64,000 nt of DNA, from contig JAAILG010001454.1 in the NCBI GenBank assembly GCA_012026655.1, forward strand, positions 1-64,000, given 5' to 3'. This DNA is from Hydrolagus affinis. Taxonomy: Eukaryota. The notes below the pieces were generated by a model that did no database searches, was not told the DNA's origin, and saw nothing but the letters and a program-made list of their open reading frames with translations. Shown here in pieces: positions 13,201-25,677 of the stretch. The position numbers were made by a program, and so were the translations under genes. Numbering within the stretch: position 1 is the first letter of the stretch; every line of letters starts with the position of its first letter.

Positions 13201-13565
13201 ATTCAGCACAGGTTCCTCAAGAGGTACTCATCCTGTGTGAAGAGGTTTTCGTGCGTTCGTCAGCCAGTAGTTATTTGTGGAAGTTATCAGGCTGCGATGA
13301 AGCACCCTAACTAAATTTCTGCGTTTACACCCTCTTTTTTCAAACTTCCGTTAAAGCTTTACCTTGACCTGATGATGGCAGATTGAGTTTTACAGTTGGA
13401 ACATTTGAATAGGTGTCAAAGGGGCTTTGGACCTATTGGGGTTGTCAATTCCTTCTTAGCAAGCCAGAATATGTTTCTGCAACAAATCAGTTTGAATATT
13501 GCCCTTGTTCTCTGAGATGGGGCAAAAGAGTTGGTGCTGCAATCGCTGTTTGTTATCATGCGTTT

Positions 13566-13571
13566 TTTATT
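13566..13571 (-). terminator. Candidate polyadenylation signal for CD99L2
   Basis: First AATAAA I noticed on the minus strand after the stop codon (about 470 nt downstream); more distal sites are possible. Confidence 0.4.
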
Positions 13572-14039
13572 TGCATTGTACGATAACAAAGGTAAAGAAC
13601 TGGCAACGGCAGATGCAAATTGTGACTACCATTTTGAATTCATATATAAAGTGTCTTATTCGACATGCAAACCTGCCACCATCATTGATAGATCCAACAA
13701 AATCCCATCACTCCTAGACTGTTACCATAATGGTGCCACATCCTTAATTCAGATCGATCCGCCTGTATCCACCTGTATCCTTTGTCTCTTTACACACACT
13801 GGAAAATCTAAACTGATGCTCCGTTCAATCAGCAGTTTCTGGCGTCGAAAGCTTTCTTCTATGACACACTTTTGAGTGTAAAACCTACACAAACTGAACT
13901 ATTAAATTGTGGCTTGTCTTCTGTAACATAAAAATGCTAACTAAGTTTTTAACGTACATTCCCTGTAAACGTAGTTTTTTTTTGTAAAGCAGAACAGCGT
14001 TACAAGCAAGGCGAAAGCTGCCTTTTACAGCACTGTGAG

Positions 14040-14104
14040 CTAGACTTGAATGGCACTGTCTGCAGGTGGCTGAGCTGACTGTGTCTGTACGAGGTTCCCT
14101 TCAG
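14040..14104 (-). CDS. CD99L2: CD99L2 terminal coding exon ((A)EGNLVQTQSAQPPADSAIQV*)
   Basis: ccttcctgcag acceptor, phase 1, TAG at 14042-14040; TQSAQPP resembles the mammalian TQSAEPP tail. Confidence 0.88.
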
Positions 14105-14828
14105 CTGCAGGAAGGATCAACGAAACCATCGGAGCGAGTGAGCATGGCGGCAAAGAAAAAGAAACATTTTAAACCAGTCAGCCACCACATTGAATGAAAG
14201 AAGCAGTTTACGTTTCAAGAATGAAAACAGCCATCATTTCCTGACACCGCCCAGACCATATCCGGGACACAGAACTGGATCTTTGCCTAAAACTCCTCAG
14301 TTCGTTTCTTTCCACTTCATAATCTTAACCCATTATACTTTATTGGAGCCCGATTGAAATTGCTGTGACTGGCTGAACAGCGCTGTAAAGCTCTGGTACA
14401 CTCGCACTGGAATTGTTGACACATTTGCCTCCAATGAAAATTCTGCCTGCTTATCGGATCAGATTCATTTCCTGTTTAAATCAGCTGACATACTACAAAG
14501 ATATGTAAGGATTATTTTGGATCTATATTAAGTGGTCAGTAAATCAGGTTGATTTGGCCTCAACAAGGCCAAAAATAAGCTTCAAGCCACATGGGTGTAA
14601 GTGTTTTAGTTTAGTGCTTGGCTTCATCCTATGTCACTGGTGCAGAAATCCCTTCTCTATTCTCTGTCATAAATAAATGTTTTCTTCAAAACACATATTC
14701 CCTATTGGAAAATTGCACACATTCTACCTGTAGCTATTATTTGAGTAAATATGTGTCCATTTAACTGATCTCAAGATCTGTTCTTGGCATAAGTGGATAT
14801 CCTGTTGACAAACCTATAAATCTGAACA

Positions 14829-14939
14829 TTTGCCCACAGATATACAGTCAATTCACTTTATAGTATAATTTGTGAAGCGCTTTGAGATGTCTAGAAGACG
14901 TGAAAAGGCTCTATATCAAATGAAAGGATTACTATTATT
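14829..14939 (+). mobile_element. Young SINE, 3' fragment
   Basis: gcccaca.atatacagtcaattcacttta...gtgaagcgctttgagatgtctagaagacgtgaaaag...ggattact. Confidence 0.85.
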
Positions 14940-15880
14940 CTCAAGACTTTGGAGATCCATTTCTGGGAAATTCTGTGATCGATGGGCATGTTTTGTTTAT
15001 TCTCAAGCATGTGTTTCTTTCTCCCAGCCCCACCTAAACATTTTCTCTCTAAGGTTGTGAGCTGAACAGCCACAATCACTTAAGACTGAGAGGTGGAAAG
15101 GGACTTGAAAGAAAAAGCCGTCTATGAAATGAAGTGCCATCTTGTGTGATAAATGCCATGGAAAGGCGGTCAAACAAACCTCTTGCTAGTAAATCATTTA
15201 AATCTAAGACCAGTTAACACAGCTTAATGTGACATGCATGGTGTATGGGAGGAGGAGGATAGAAGGGAGGGTGATGACTAGAGACTGACAGAGAAGGCAG
15301 TGTAAATGCTTACAGAATAAAGGCAACTGGTTGATCAAGGTAACGTCAGTTACTTGCTGTGCAACGTCAACACACACACAAATTTGATGATCGGAGATGG
15401 AGAGGGCGAAAAAAGATGAAAATAGACTCGAAAAAAGAAAGCAAGAAGGTGAAGAAAAGTCCAAAAGTTGAAGGTGATCAGGAAGGCTTTGGAGATGGTT
15501 TCATTGTGAATGAAGAGAGTCCTCGCAACCCGAATGAGCAGCTCTCAGACAGTTCCTGGAAGCAGTATGAAACAGTATGAATCATTCAGCTACACCATAA
15601 ATGAATTGAGGTATTGGCAATTCAATATTACGTTTAGCCAGTTAGTCTAGATGCCAAGTATTTTTTTTAGAAAGAGAGGTGCGTTTCACTCGAGACGACG
15701 GATTTGCTCAAATTCATTTTTTTCTTCAATTTTAGTCCAAATGAGTCTCTATAAATAAACCAGTGTGGAAGTATACAAGTAAATAAGTACAACAACAATA
15801 AAAACTAAATTTAGAGAGCGCCTTTCACGTTGGGAAGATGTCCCATTACATTTGCAAAGAGGTGGTTAACTGGTACTCAC

Positions 15881-15919
15881 CTGGTGGTTCTGATTGGAGG
15901 TTGCCGCCTTTAACATAAT
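15881..15919 (-). CDS. CD99L2: CD99L2 39-nt cytoplasmic exon ((D)YVKGGNLQSEPP)
   Basis: tttttattctacag acceptor, CAG|gtgagt donor, DYVKG motif. Confidence 0.9.
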
Positions 15920-16965
15920 CTGTAGAATAAAAATACAAAAGGGAAGAATACTCAAGCGCTCCTACTTATTGAATTTAGTCATTCAATAAGTTTCCATTTC
16001 TGTATTTGTAGTCAGAAGCCATGGAACAGATCTCATTTTGTCCATTAAATTCTTCCAGCATTACATCTGCTTGTATTTAGAATATCCAATCTATTACCTT
16101 GGGATATAATATATGCAGTAATTTGCTTTACAAGACAATCAGAAGTATATTAGGTAGGCTCCACGGGATCTCATCGACAACGCAGTCTAGTTTTACATGT
16201 CAAACAACCTTCTTTCACAGCAGCAAAAGTTCACATTTCTCTAATTTTCGTTACATTCAGGATCAGTCTCGTTGCTCTTTCCAGAATGTTAATATACCCA
16301 CAATGTTAATATATTTTTGTGCTGCAGTGACCAACACTGAACGTAGTGTTCCAGGTGTGGTCTGAACAATGCTTTGCCAAATGTTAGCTAATGTCTTTAT
16401 ATAGACAGATCTGTTGTTTGGGATGTCCTCCTGACGTGAAAGGCACTATACAAATGTAATTTCGTTGTTGTTATCTATATATATATATACATTTCTAAAA
16501 GGAAAACAAAAAAACCAATACAGCTTAAAAAGCAACAATAAAGAAACTCAGTGATTAAAGCTCACCTTTTTTTGTAAACAACAAATACATTATTTTTAAA
16601 AAGTTTCAAAATATATGAATAAACGTATTCAAAAACACTAAGGCCACGTATGTTACGCATGGGTATAGCTAGTCTGGCTAAAGTATCCTGGCTGCAACCC
16701 TGTTTTTTCTGCTACTCTGCCTTTTATGTATTAGTAGCAATCTTGATTAGTTTACAGCAGCTTTTTTCAAGCCATTTTATGCTGAATTGTGCATCGCACA
16801 TATGGAACTCAATCATAGAGATGGGTTTCTGCAAGCGCCAGACACCCATTCTGACCCCCAAACAAAATGAACAGGAAAGCCATGAAACATTTATTGCAAA
16901 TGCCCAACAGCAACTGCAGATGGCGGCATTGGTCACTTTATCGATAACATTAAAAAAAAACCTAC

Positions 16966-17079
16966 CTTGTAGTTTGAAGCATAATTGCTTCTTCTGATAG
17001 GCAATGAAGCTGGTGACTGCACCTAACACAGCCACTGCCAAGCCACTGGTGATTCCAGCTATTGTTGCTGGAGGCATCT
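16966..17079 (-). CDS. CD99L2: CD99L2 transmembrane exon
   Basis: ctctttcattaacag acceptor, AAG|gtaggt donor, 114 nt, CD99-family TM plus AYQKK.LCF. Confidence 0.95.
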
Positions 17080-18020
17080 CTGTTAATGAAAGAGAGAGAG
17101 GGGTGGAGGTGTGTGGGGAGAAAAAAATTAAAATGATAAATCTGTATACGACTCGTAATGCCCTCAACACGAATAATTGAATACGCTACATGTTGTTCCT
17201 TGGCCTTATTTTAATAATGCCATAAATGTGTTAATGGAATATACTAGTTTTAAAAGCGGAGAGAAAGTCAAGCTCGTAGCTGTCGAGGTCCATCAATCAG
17301 ACGGGTGAGTAATGCCATCGGTGCCGTCAAAACCCGTAACATTTAGACATTCTCGCTGAAAGCCTCAGCGCCATTAGGAATTTTATTTTTTGCTGGCCAG
17401 CAGAAAACTCTTGTTTTACAAACAAACCGAACGGGAGCATGGCCATGTGTTTACTTGCCAGGCTACTGAACTGAAACAGTCACTACACTTTGCAGTAACT
17501 ACGGTGTAGAGTTGAAACCTTTTGCCTTGATGTTGTATCCTGATAAGAGTACATTAGCCTCAAGTTCCACTTAATCTTAGCCCGTAGCACCAGTTTTGTC
17601 TTCAAAATTCAAGCATGGAGACAGGAACCGCATTCTAAACGAGCGCTGATTTTAACAATTTTCCTCGATTCTGTGCAATCTTAGTTCTTTTAGACAAATG
17701 CTTTTAGCCTTTAAGGCTAGGTCAAGATTTCAGGTCACTCGCCTACTCCTTTCTGGCTGCTGCTGTCAAACTATCAACCTCAGCATTGCATCTAAAACAA
17801 TACAGTAGCAAAGCCTGTGCTTTGTCTTCAGACTTGTATTGATTCATAGGATGGGAGCTTGGATCAGTTGAAACTGTTGCAATGGCAGTGTTTCCTGTTT
17901 ACTCCAAGGGATAATACATTTGGCCAACAGCCAGTCTGTGTTGCTCAGAAACCTCAGTACAGTTTGGATTTTTGGATTTGCTACTGTAATGCTATCAGAA
18001 GGGGTTTTACTTTTACTTAC

Positions 18021-18059
18021 CCTGATCTGAATTCGAGTCATCAGCAGGTGCGTTCCCAC
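18021..18059 (-). CDS. CD99L2: CD99L2 39-nt juxtamembrane exon ((G)GNAPADDSNSDQ)
   Basis: tttgtctctag acceptor, AGG|gtaagt donor, phase 1-1, open frame. Confidence 0.85.
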
Positions 18060-18225
18060 CTAGAGACAAACACAAACACAAAGAAGTCTGACGTTCTCTG
18101 TTTTTGTGCCACACAAAGATTCTCTGAAAAAACATCACGCAACAGTATACTGCAGTTGCTTACATTAGCTTTGCGACAAAATACCAATAAAAGGCCATTT
18201 GGCCCATGAAGAGGCCCAAACTTGT

Positions 18226-18506
18226 GGAGCCTGTAGCCCAGTGAGAGACCTGGGTTCAATTCCAGCCAGGGCGAAACCATGGACAAGTTTCTTTACTCCG
18301 CACGCCTAATAATAATCCCTAACAATAATAATAAATTGGTCATTTCAATCCACGACTGTTTGTGGAACACTGTTATGTGCAGTTGGCTGCCGAGTTTCGC
18401 CCACAAATATACCGTCAATTCAGGATTCTGTGAAGTATATTCTGTGAAGCGCTTTGAGACATCTAGAAGACGTGAAAAGCACTGTCTAATGCAAGGATTA
18501 TTATCA
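18226..18506 (+). mobile_element. Young tRNA-derived SINE, near full length with head deletion
   Basis: ggagcctgtagcccagtg head, gttcaattcc B box, shared body and tail. Confidence 0.88.
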
Positions 18507-18669
18507 TTAATATTAAGGGCTCATTGATATTCTGATCAGTATGTAGCATTATCTAACTTGATACTGACATGGCATGAGAGAGAGAGACTGTTTTAAGATT
18601 TATGAGTAAGACAGACTTTGATGTTATATATTTGATGCTATATCAAATCCGAGGATCATTATTATTATT

Positions 18670-18841
18670 ATAATAATCCTTGCATTTGATATAGCGCTTT
18701 TCATGTCTTCTAGAAGTCTCAAAGCGCTTCACAGAATATACTGTAAAGTGAATTGACTGTATATTTGTGGGCAAAACCCAGCAGCCAATTGCGCACAGAA
18801 GTGTCCCACACAAACAGTCGTGGATTGAAAATGACCAATTT
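18670..18841 (-). mobile_element. Young SINE, 3' half
   Basis: Reverse-complement match to the family body and tail. Confidence 0.88.
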
Positions 18842-19190
18842 TTTTGAAACTAAGGAAATAGTTTTATTCTCTGCTGTAGGCGCAGGCCACAGAGAAGCTG
18901 ATCTGGAGCAGGCTGGTGTAAGCCCATTCATATCTCTTCCTAGCAAAGCGCTTACGGATCAACAGAGTCAAGGTGGTGAGACTAAGGGAATCAGGTAACA
19001 TGAAAACTAACGGCAATAATAAAGTGAACGCTTCTCATTCACGACACTTACAGCAAGTAACAGACCTTAAGGTAGAATGGACTCGGTTTTGAGAACTGCC
19101 ATTGCCCAAGGCTGTTGAGCACATTTGGTCATTCATGCAATGATCCACAACTTTGCAACTGAATGTTGCTTGCACACACGTGCAGCTCAC

Positions 19191-19274
19191 CTGACTTTTT
19201 CTTGTCAGGTTGGTAACCCCCACCCCCACCGTTCACCAGATCATCAAGGTCGTCATCAGAAAAGCTAGATCCAC
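19191..19274 (-). CDS. CD99L2: CD99L2 exon ((G)GSSFSDDDLDDLVNGGGGGYQPDKKKS)
   Basis: ctctttctgtag acceptor, CAG|gtgagc donor, 84 nt, conserved FSD.DL and Y.PDK motifs. Confidence 0.94.
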
Positions 19275-20712
19275 CTACAGAAAGAGAAAATCTGTGTTTT
19301 ACTCCAGGGGATAATCGGCAACAGTTAGATTGGGTGTTGTGAAACCTCAGTACAGTACCCATTGTCCAGTTCGTAATGTGCTTTTATTAGAGAGCTGTGC
19401 GATGTCCCTCAGTACAGTACAGTGAAAACAAAACTAACCCTCAATGTTGGGAGTTCTTCGCCTTCACCAACAAGTCACAGAAATCACCCACAATACAGAT
19501 CATTAAGAAACAATCAGCCCGAAGAAAACAGAACACAAACACATGTCAAGCATGGTGCTTGCACACTGGTATGTTGTAAGGAGATTACTCTTAAGCAATT
19601 TCATACAGCATTCTTACCCAGCTTACATCCCATCAATCTGTTGTAGGTTTCAATCGGTTTGAATTGAGCTCCCTGAATGAAGTGGGCAGATTGTGGTTTA
19701 ACCCACAAACCACCTCGTCCTTTGTCCTAATGTTGGGTGAACAAACGTTACGTGAGGGACTTCGGCAGTTATGATTTGTTACAAACAAACTGTTGGGCCT
19801 TTCCAGCGAACAGGGATTCTTAATGTAAAAGTTTTCTTGTTGTAAAATTTGTTTCTTTGTGTTGATTCCCAAATGTCTGCACCATTTTTATATACAGTAT
19901 ATAGGGCCAACTCTGCTGGGATCAGCCTCCTTGTGCACCATAGCCATGCAAAGCTGAATCATTTTTATTATTAAGTTGTATTAGGATAAGTAAATATTGA
20001 ACCCATTTAATTTCCCAAGCAAATCATTTCACAACCGGTTTGTTAATAGCCGCGTATTTCCAATTGGATTAGATTCACATTGAGATGTTTGCAGAGGTAG
20101 GAGAGCACAGGACCAACTGTTCAATCGGTTAGTTAGAATGCAGGAAGACAACAAAAAGGAGAGGAGTCTGTCACCGATTCAGAGTGAAGTTGAACGAGCC
20201 AAAGGAAAGCCGAAGTCAACAGTTAGGCAGCCACTGTTTTAACCTGTTTGTTTATGAGGCAATAAAAATAAACTGGTGCCTGAGTGTGTGCACAAGTCCT
20301 GCTGATAAAATTTATGAAAAGGAATGATAAGCCCTAACTAAAGTGGTCCCATAATTCATGCATTTTCAGTTAAGGATCAAAACTCATTTGCTAACTACCT
20401 GCAATATATGTGCAATTGTAACACCTTAACCTCCCCTGAAGGGACTCTCATTTAGAAATGAATTGATCCAATATGAGACCTTATCATCTTGTAATCTCAC
20501 TGGTACCTTTAAATAGCTACTGAGCATGTTCATGCTCCCAGTTGCGATCTCATGACGATGGGTTGACTGACATGTGTATATATACGGATCTCAAGCTCTG
20601 GCTCAGAGAACCAAATGGGATGCCATGGCCTGGGTTTGGCTTGACTTAGAAAATACTTGGCTCGTCAACCTCCACCTGTTATTCGGTGACAGACGCCTTA
20701 TCCGTTTGTTAC

Positions 20713-20754
20713 CTCCATTCCCCTCGCCTTTGGAGCCTGGAACTGAAGGTTCCT
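20713..20754 (-). CDS. CD99L2: CD99L2 putative 42-nt exon ((E)EPSVPGSKGEGNG)
   Basis: tttctatctatccgacag acceptor, GAG|gtaaca donor, phase 1-1, Gly/Pro-rich linker; no conserved motif, so it may be a cassette or false exon. Confidence 0.6.
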
Positions 20755-21621
20755 CTGTCGGATAGATAGAAAGTATTTAACTAAAGTGACAAACAAAGAA
20801 TCATCATGGGACCACTAACATCTTCTAAACAGTTAGACCAATCTGTACTTCCAGCTCTGGACTCCAATTTATCTATGTTTCTTCATAGAGCAAAACATGG
20901 CTAGGCATTTGACAGAATACAGACTGCCACAGCAGTATCAAATCAATATTTCCCATGGCATATTTTATATTTGTTTAAAATCTTTCTTAAGCTGGATAAA
21001 ATTCTGCAGTTCATTCCGAGAAGCTAGCAACTGTTTTCTCGTGGACCTTCAACCACCGAGAGACATTCGATTTTCAAATTCAATTAATCTTTGGGGGCCT
21101 TAAAATGAAAGTGCATCTCAACCTACACTGACCCTGGCAATTGGAATTTTACATTGATTGATGGTTTCTACTTTATCAAAAGCTTTCAGGTAAGAGGCAG
21201 TCGCTGGCCTCTGTGGCAAGCAAAGATCTGATGTTGACTTGGTACTTTAGCGTTCGATTTCCAGTTTAAAAAATATTTTATTAAACGTAAACGGCCATTA
21301 ATATTATTCCATGTGCTGCCCAATATGTTATCTGTTGCCAAATCAATGCAACCAAAATGTTGAAATGAGGTTACGTTCTAACCATCGGCCTTTATTTACA
21401 GATGACTGTACCCCTAACAGCTAGAACTCTCCTGCCTCAATTGCTTGTATTATCCTCCGCTTTTATTTACCTTTAAATCCCACCTTAATATTCTACATCT
21501 TTGACTGCCCTCCCGATCGCCTCCTCCCGCCCGCTTCCCCCTTGCTTGCCGAGTCACTGGGCAGCGCTGTCTTGCAGGACGGGCTCTAAATCTAACGGTA
21601 AGTAGCTGTTGTATTTTGTAC

Positions 21622-21708
21622 CTTTGCCATCTTTACCACCTCTGTCATATTTGTCGTTCTTATCATCAGGAAGAGCATCTGAGAGGTCAAAATCATCGTC
21701 ACCTATTT
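21622..21708 (-). CDS. CD99L2: CD99L2 exon ((K)IGDDDFDLSDALPDDKNDKYDRGGKDGK)
   Basis: gattctgcag acceptor, AAG|gtacaa donor, 87 nt, DFDLSDAL family motif. Confidence 0.92.
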
Positions 21709-22424
21709 CTGCAGAATCAAAGAAACGGGAGCGTTGTGTAAGAAAAGGCTTCATGCTTAAATCCTCGGTGGTCGCAAGTTTTGCGTGGCAGAGAAATTTT
21801 GCCAAAATGCTCATCTATTTCAGCTACTTTAAGCTTACAAATTAATGCATTTGCTCAAACTTCCCATCGATCAAACCTATCCCGTCAGTTGCTGCCACCA
21901 ACCTCTTCCTCACCGACCACCAAACAACGGAACTTGAACTGACTGATTAACTGCACCAGCTGTACGTTAGGAAGTTCTGTTGTAAATCCCACAATCTGCT
22001 TACCATCCATTGACCCTGTCAAGCCTTCACGGCACAAACAGCCACCGGTTAAGCCAGCGAAAAAAACAGCCGACAGCTTCTGCTTCTCAAAACATGAGTT
22101 TAGTTAGACAACCAGGTTCTGAGAAATGTCGGCACTTAGCTTTTTAAAGACTGCTTAATGGTATTTTGTTCCCTTACAGTTTCCCTACAGTTCTTTCCTC
22201 TTTTTCTGAGCTTTTTCTGTTGCTTTTTTCTCATGGTTTTTCCTTTAAGTGAAAGGGCAGAGCCAGCTAGCCTGAGCCCAGGATGTCTATCTCCCTTGCC
22301 CATGTCAATACCGCTCTGTGACAACCACTGATTAGGGCTGGTGCTGTACTCCCATTAACCTTCACTTCCCTTACCTACCCACTTCTATCTCATAGCCTCT
22401 AGATTGGCTGCACAAGTAGAATAC

Positions 22425-22504
22425 TAATAATCCTTGCATTTAATAATCCATTGAGACGTCTCAAAGAGCTTCACGGAATACACTGTAAGTGGATTGACTG
22501 TATA
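22425..22504 (-). mobile_element. SINE 3' fragment
   Basis: taataatccttgcattt...gagacgtctcaaagagcttcacggaata. Confidence 0.7.
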
Positions 22505-22589
22505 CTGCGTTGGGAATGCCACAAGCCCAAGGCTTGCCTTCCTCAATACTTTTACACTAAAAAGAACAGGTAATCAAGCTGCAGCTTAC

Positions 22590-22682
22590 TTGGTGATGGT
22601 TTCTTAGTCGTTTTGGGCGACTTGGTGGTTTTTCTACCAGGGCGTGCAGTTGTTGGAAATAAATCCCACAGGCTGAAGTCCT
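22590..22682 (-). CDS. CD99L2: CD99L2 mucin-like exon ((E)DFSLWDLFPTTARPGRKTTKSPKTTKKPSP)
   Basis: ggtttatatag acceptor after a CT-rich tract, CAA|gtaagc donor, 93 nt, WD + Thr/Pro/Lys-rich segment. Confidence 0.88.
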
Positions 22683-24900
22683 CTATATAAACCAAGGGAG
22701 AGAGATATTAAAATTGATGGCCAATTATTACTGTGGGGAGATGTTTGAAGTGAACCACAGCTTACAGAGCAAACACAGAGCCACACCTGAGGGTTTTTAC
22801 AACAAATCCCAAACTACGATCGGTGTAAAATACTGGATTCATCTTTGTTTTGTAGCTATTAACTGCGTGGCTGGAGTCAGTTATGTCAACTGAGGAGTGT
22901 GGGGAAAGAGCAGGTAAATGAAGCTGAAAGGATTGCTGTAAAGGAGCCGCCACAGACTTGGATGGGTTGAACTACCTTCTTCTGCGCTGTATATATATTT
23001 GGTTGTTTGAAACGTAGGCAGCATTCTCTTGCGTCGTTGGTAAACACTGTCGTGAGAACTTACTGCTGACACACGGTGCCCGACGTGGTACTAAAGGAAA
23101 GATCTGACAAGGTGTGAGGGTATTCAGGGAGAATAAGAGATGGTTACCAGAGGGGTGGAGATTCTTTGATGGGGTGGGTGTCGTACAGAATGTCTGCCAG
23201 CAGATGTCACTATAGCACACCAAATAGGTGTTCCACCAGCAAGGCAATTACTCATTACCTCATCCCCAACTGAACTAATGGTTTAATTGTCTAATGGTTT
23301 AATTGTCTGTCTAGTTGAGACTAATGATGCCTGAAGCAGCTCTGACACCTCAGCTTGCCAACTAAGTGACTTTACCAGCACATCCGAGCAAAGTCTCAAA
23401 GATAAATGTGCGGAATGAGTTATGCTGTGCAGTCGAAGATCAGTTTATACCACACCCTTCACATAGGATAAAGCCCTGGAGGGTATCACAATGGTGGAGA
23501 TAAGAGAGAAGGGGGGAAAGGGGGAAGTGGCCACAGGCGAGGTAGAAGAGGTAGGTTTTTTAGGCAGATTCCTGATAGAGAGGGAGTGAGACGGCAGGAG
23601 CAGAGTGAGGGAGTTCCAGAGGCATAGTTATTCTCATAGCTATCTGTTCCTATGTAATCGTGCTAAGACTCACAAGGGCATTGTCTGGCTCAATCCTCCT
23701 CCAACGTGAATCACACTCTTGTACCATGCCATGAAAGAGAGGTCAGCTTTCTCTAGTGAAAAAAAATCACTTCCTATCTTTTTATGTTGTTTGATGTTCC
23801 TGTGCTCATTATGCTTCCTTCAGTCCATGACCAGTGGCTAAATCACCATTGCCCCCTTTCTCTGGAAATTATTAAGATCACAATGTGTCGGGCTAGGTCG
23901 GAGCAGATCATGCGTGTGACAGGATTGTTTGTGGCTTTAATCGTTTCATCATTTTTTGTGATTGAAAAGAAACTTAAAATTTGTAAGCGGACGATGGGTG
24001 AAAAAGAAAGATACCACCGGGAAAGGGGGAAAAGGTTGAATGAAACTAATTCCCTGGGCGCTGGATGCTTGTTGTGTTAGTGTTGTTTGGCTTCAATGAG
24101 TTAAATCCATTGGTGGGTGGGGGGGAAACGCCACTCTTTGTTTTAAAGGTTGTGTATGGGAACAGCGTAATAAGTACTAACTCTTCTGCCAGCTGTTCTC
24201 AGGCTTGATTGTAGAGCAACCCAAGACTGGGCTCGGGTTCGCCGTCGAGAAAGGGCCAGTTATTTCTCTAACCAGCGGGAAGTTGTGGGAACCATGACAT
24301 CAATGCAGCCAGCTGGCACTCCCGCAGCTGTGCGCCACCAAACACTCTGATGTGACTCGAGCGCACTTTATTTTTTAAAAAAAAATAATAAAACCTGTTC
24401 TGTTTATGAAGCAGAAATGTGCAAAATAAAACAAAAGGTGCCACCACATCACCCTTGCCAGAGTGATGGACCGACGTGGGAATCCAGAGTGAGCGCAGAA
24501 GAGTGAAGACAGCTCGGTAGCACAAAGGCACATGTTAAGGAGAGAGAGAGAGAGGGAGAGGCAGCGAGCTGAACAGCCTGGTTCTAATTTAGGAATTGTG
24601 GAGGTATTTTGTGAAGTTTGAAAAAGAAGGTGGATTCGTCATTAGGACAATGACCCTTGAGAACAGCACACAACTCAGTTTCAATTAAGCATAACTTGCC
24701 TCTCCTCGCCCCTGAATTGCTAAGGTCCTAAGTGAAATGGGTTTGAGCTGCCTCAACACATTTTCAAGCACAATTTGAGACAAAATTGTCAAGTCTTACA
24801 TCCCCCAGGTCAGAAACGTTGATGGTGTAAAATACTGCGTTATTTAGCGCAGAAGAAGCCACGCTCTTCTGAAGCCACGGTGAAGCCCCTCTAGAACCAA

Positions 24901-25305
24901 AATAATAATCCTTGTGATAAATGCATCTATAATGTTGAGAGTGCATTAGAACATTTCTGTGACACAAACTGGTTGCATTTTGTGGATGAATACGGCAACC
25001 AATTTGAGCACAAGAATGTCCCACAAACAGCCGTGATGTGAACAGCCAATTGTATGTTGGGGATATTCTTGGCCACAAACCTGGGATCAACTCCCTGCTA
25101 TTTCTGAAGAGTGCCTTCGGATCTTTAACGTCCACCTAAACAGGCAGACAAGACCTCGGTTTAAAGTGTCATCTGAAGGACACATCATCACTGAAAATAC
25201 AGCTTCATGCTGGAGTCTGGAACGTGAAATTCAAAAGTCCTGATGTGAGACTTGAACCAATAACCTTCTGAATGGAGAGTGCCATCAGCTAAGCCAGGCT
25301 GACAC
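24901..25305 (-). mobile_element. Older full-length Deu-domain SINE (SacSINE1/AmnSINE-like core)
   Basis: Contains the Deu core in reverse as recalled (aactccctgct...ggatctttaacgtccacct...gcagac..gacctcggttta..gt.tcatctgaa.gac), a tRNA-like head (gacttgaacc..aaccttctga...gccaggctgacac) and the L2-type tail. Confidence 0.75.
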
Positions 25306-25577
25306 ACACACACTATTGTCATATCAGACTTGGGGTGGTAAATGGAAAGAAAATTGTTCCAATTGACAGTGACATATACACCACATTAGTGCTGCTGCTA
25401 ACTAGCGTTTCGCGATCTTCATTTTGTGTTCTTTAATGCTAATTTGCAGCCTGCACACTGTGCATTGTGTCTTCTCTGCCTGCGTACTTGTGCCTAGCAG
25501 TGGCTCCTTTAAAACCTCTCAAGTCGTGTGAAGCTTATTTTCTCTCCAGTGTACAGCACAATTCCAAGGGACTGGAA

Positions 25578-25677
25578 NNNNNNNNNNNNNNNNNNNNNNN
25601 NNNNNNNNNNNNNNNNNNNNNNNNNNNNNNNNNNNNNNNNNNNNNNNNNNNNNNNNNNNNNNNNNNNNNNNNNNNNN
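25578..25677. other. Assembly gap (100 N)
   Basis: Run of exactly 100 N. Confidence 1.

Noticed and set aside
15359-15580. Lys/Glu-rich ORF in the last CD99L2 intron
   Set aside because: Purine-rich low-complexity DNA antisense to CD99L2, resembling degenerate LINE sequence; no splice-supported model.
16724-17170. 148-aa ORF as a single-exon membrane protein
   Set aside because: Only 16966-17079 is bounded by splice sites and matches CD99L2; the rest is intronic read-through.
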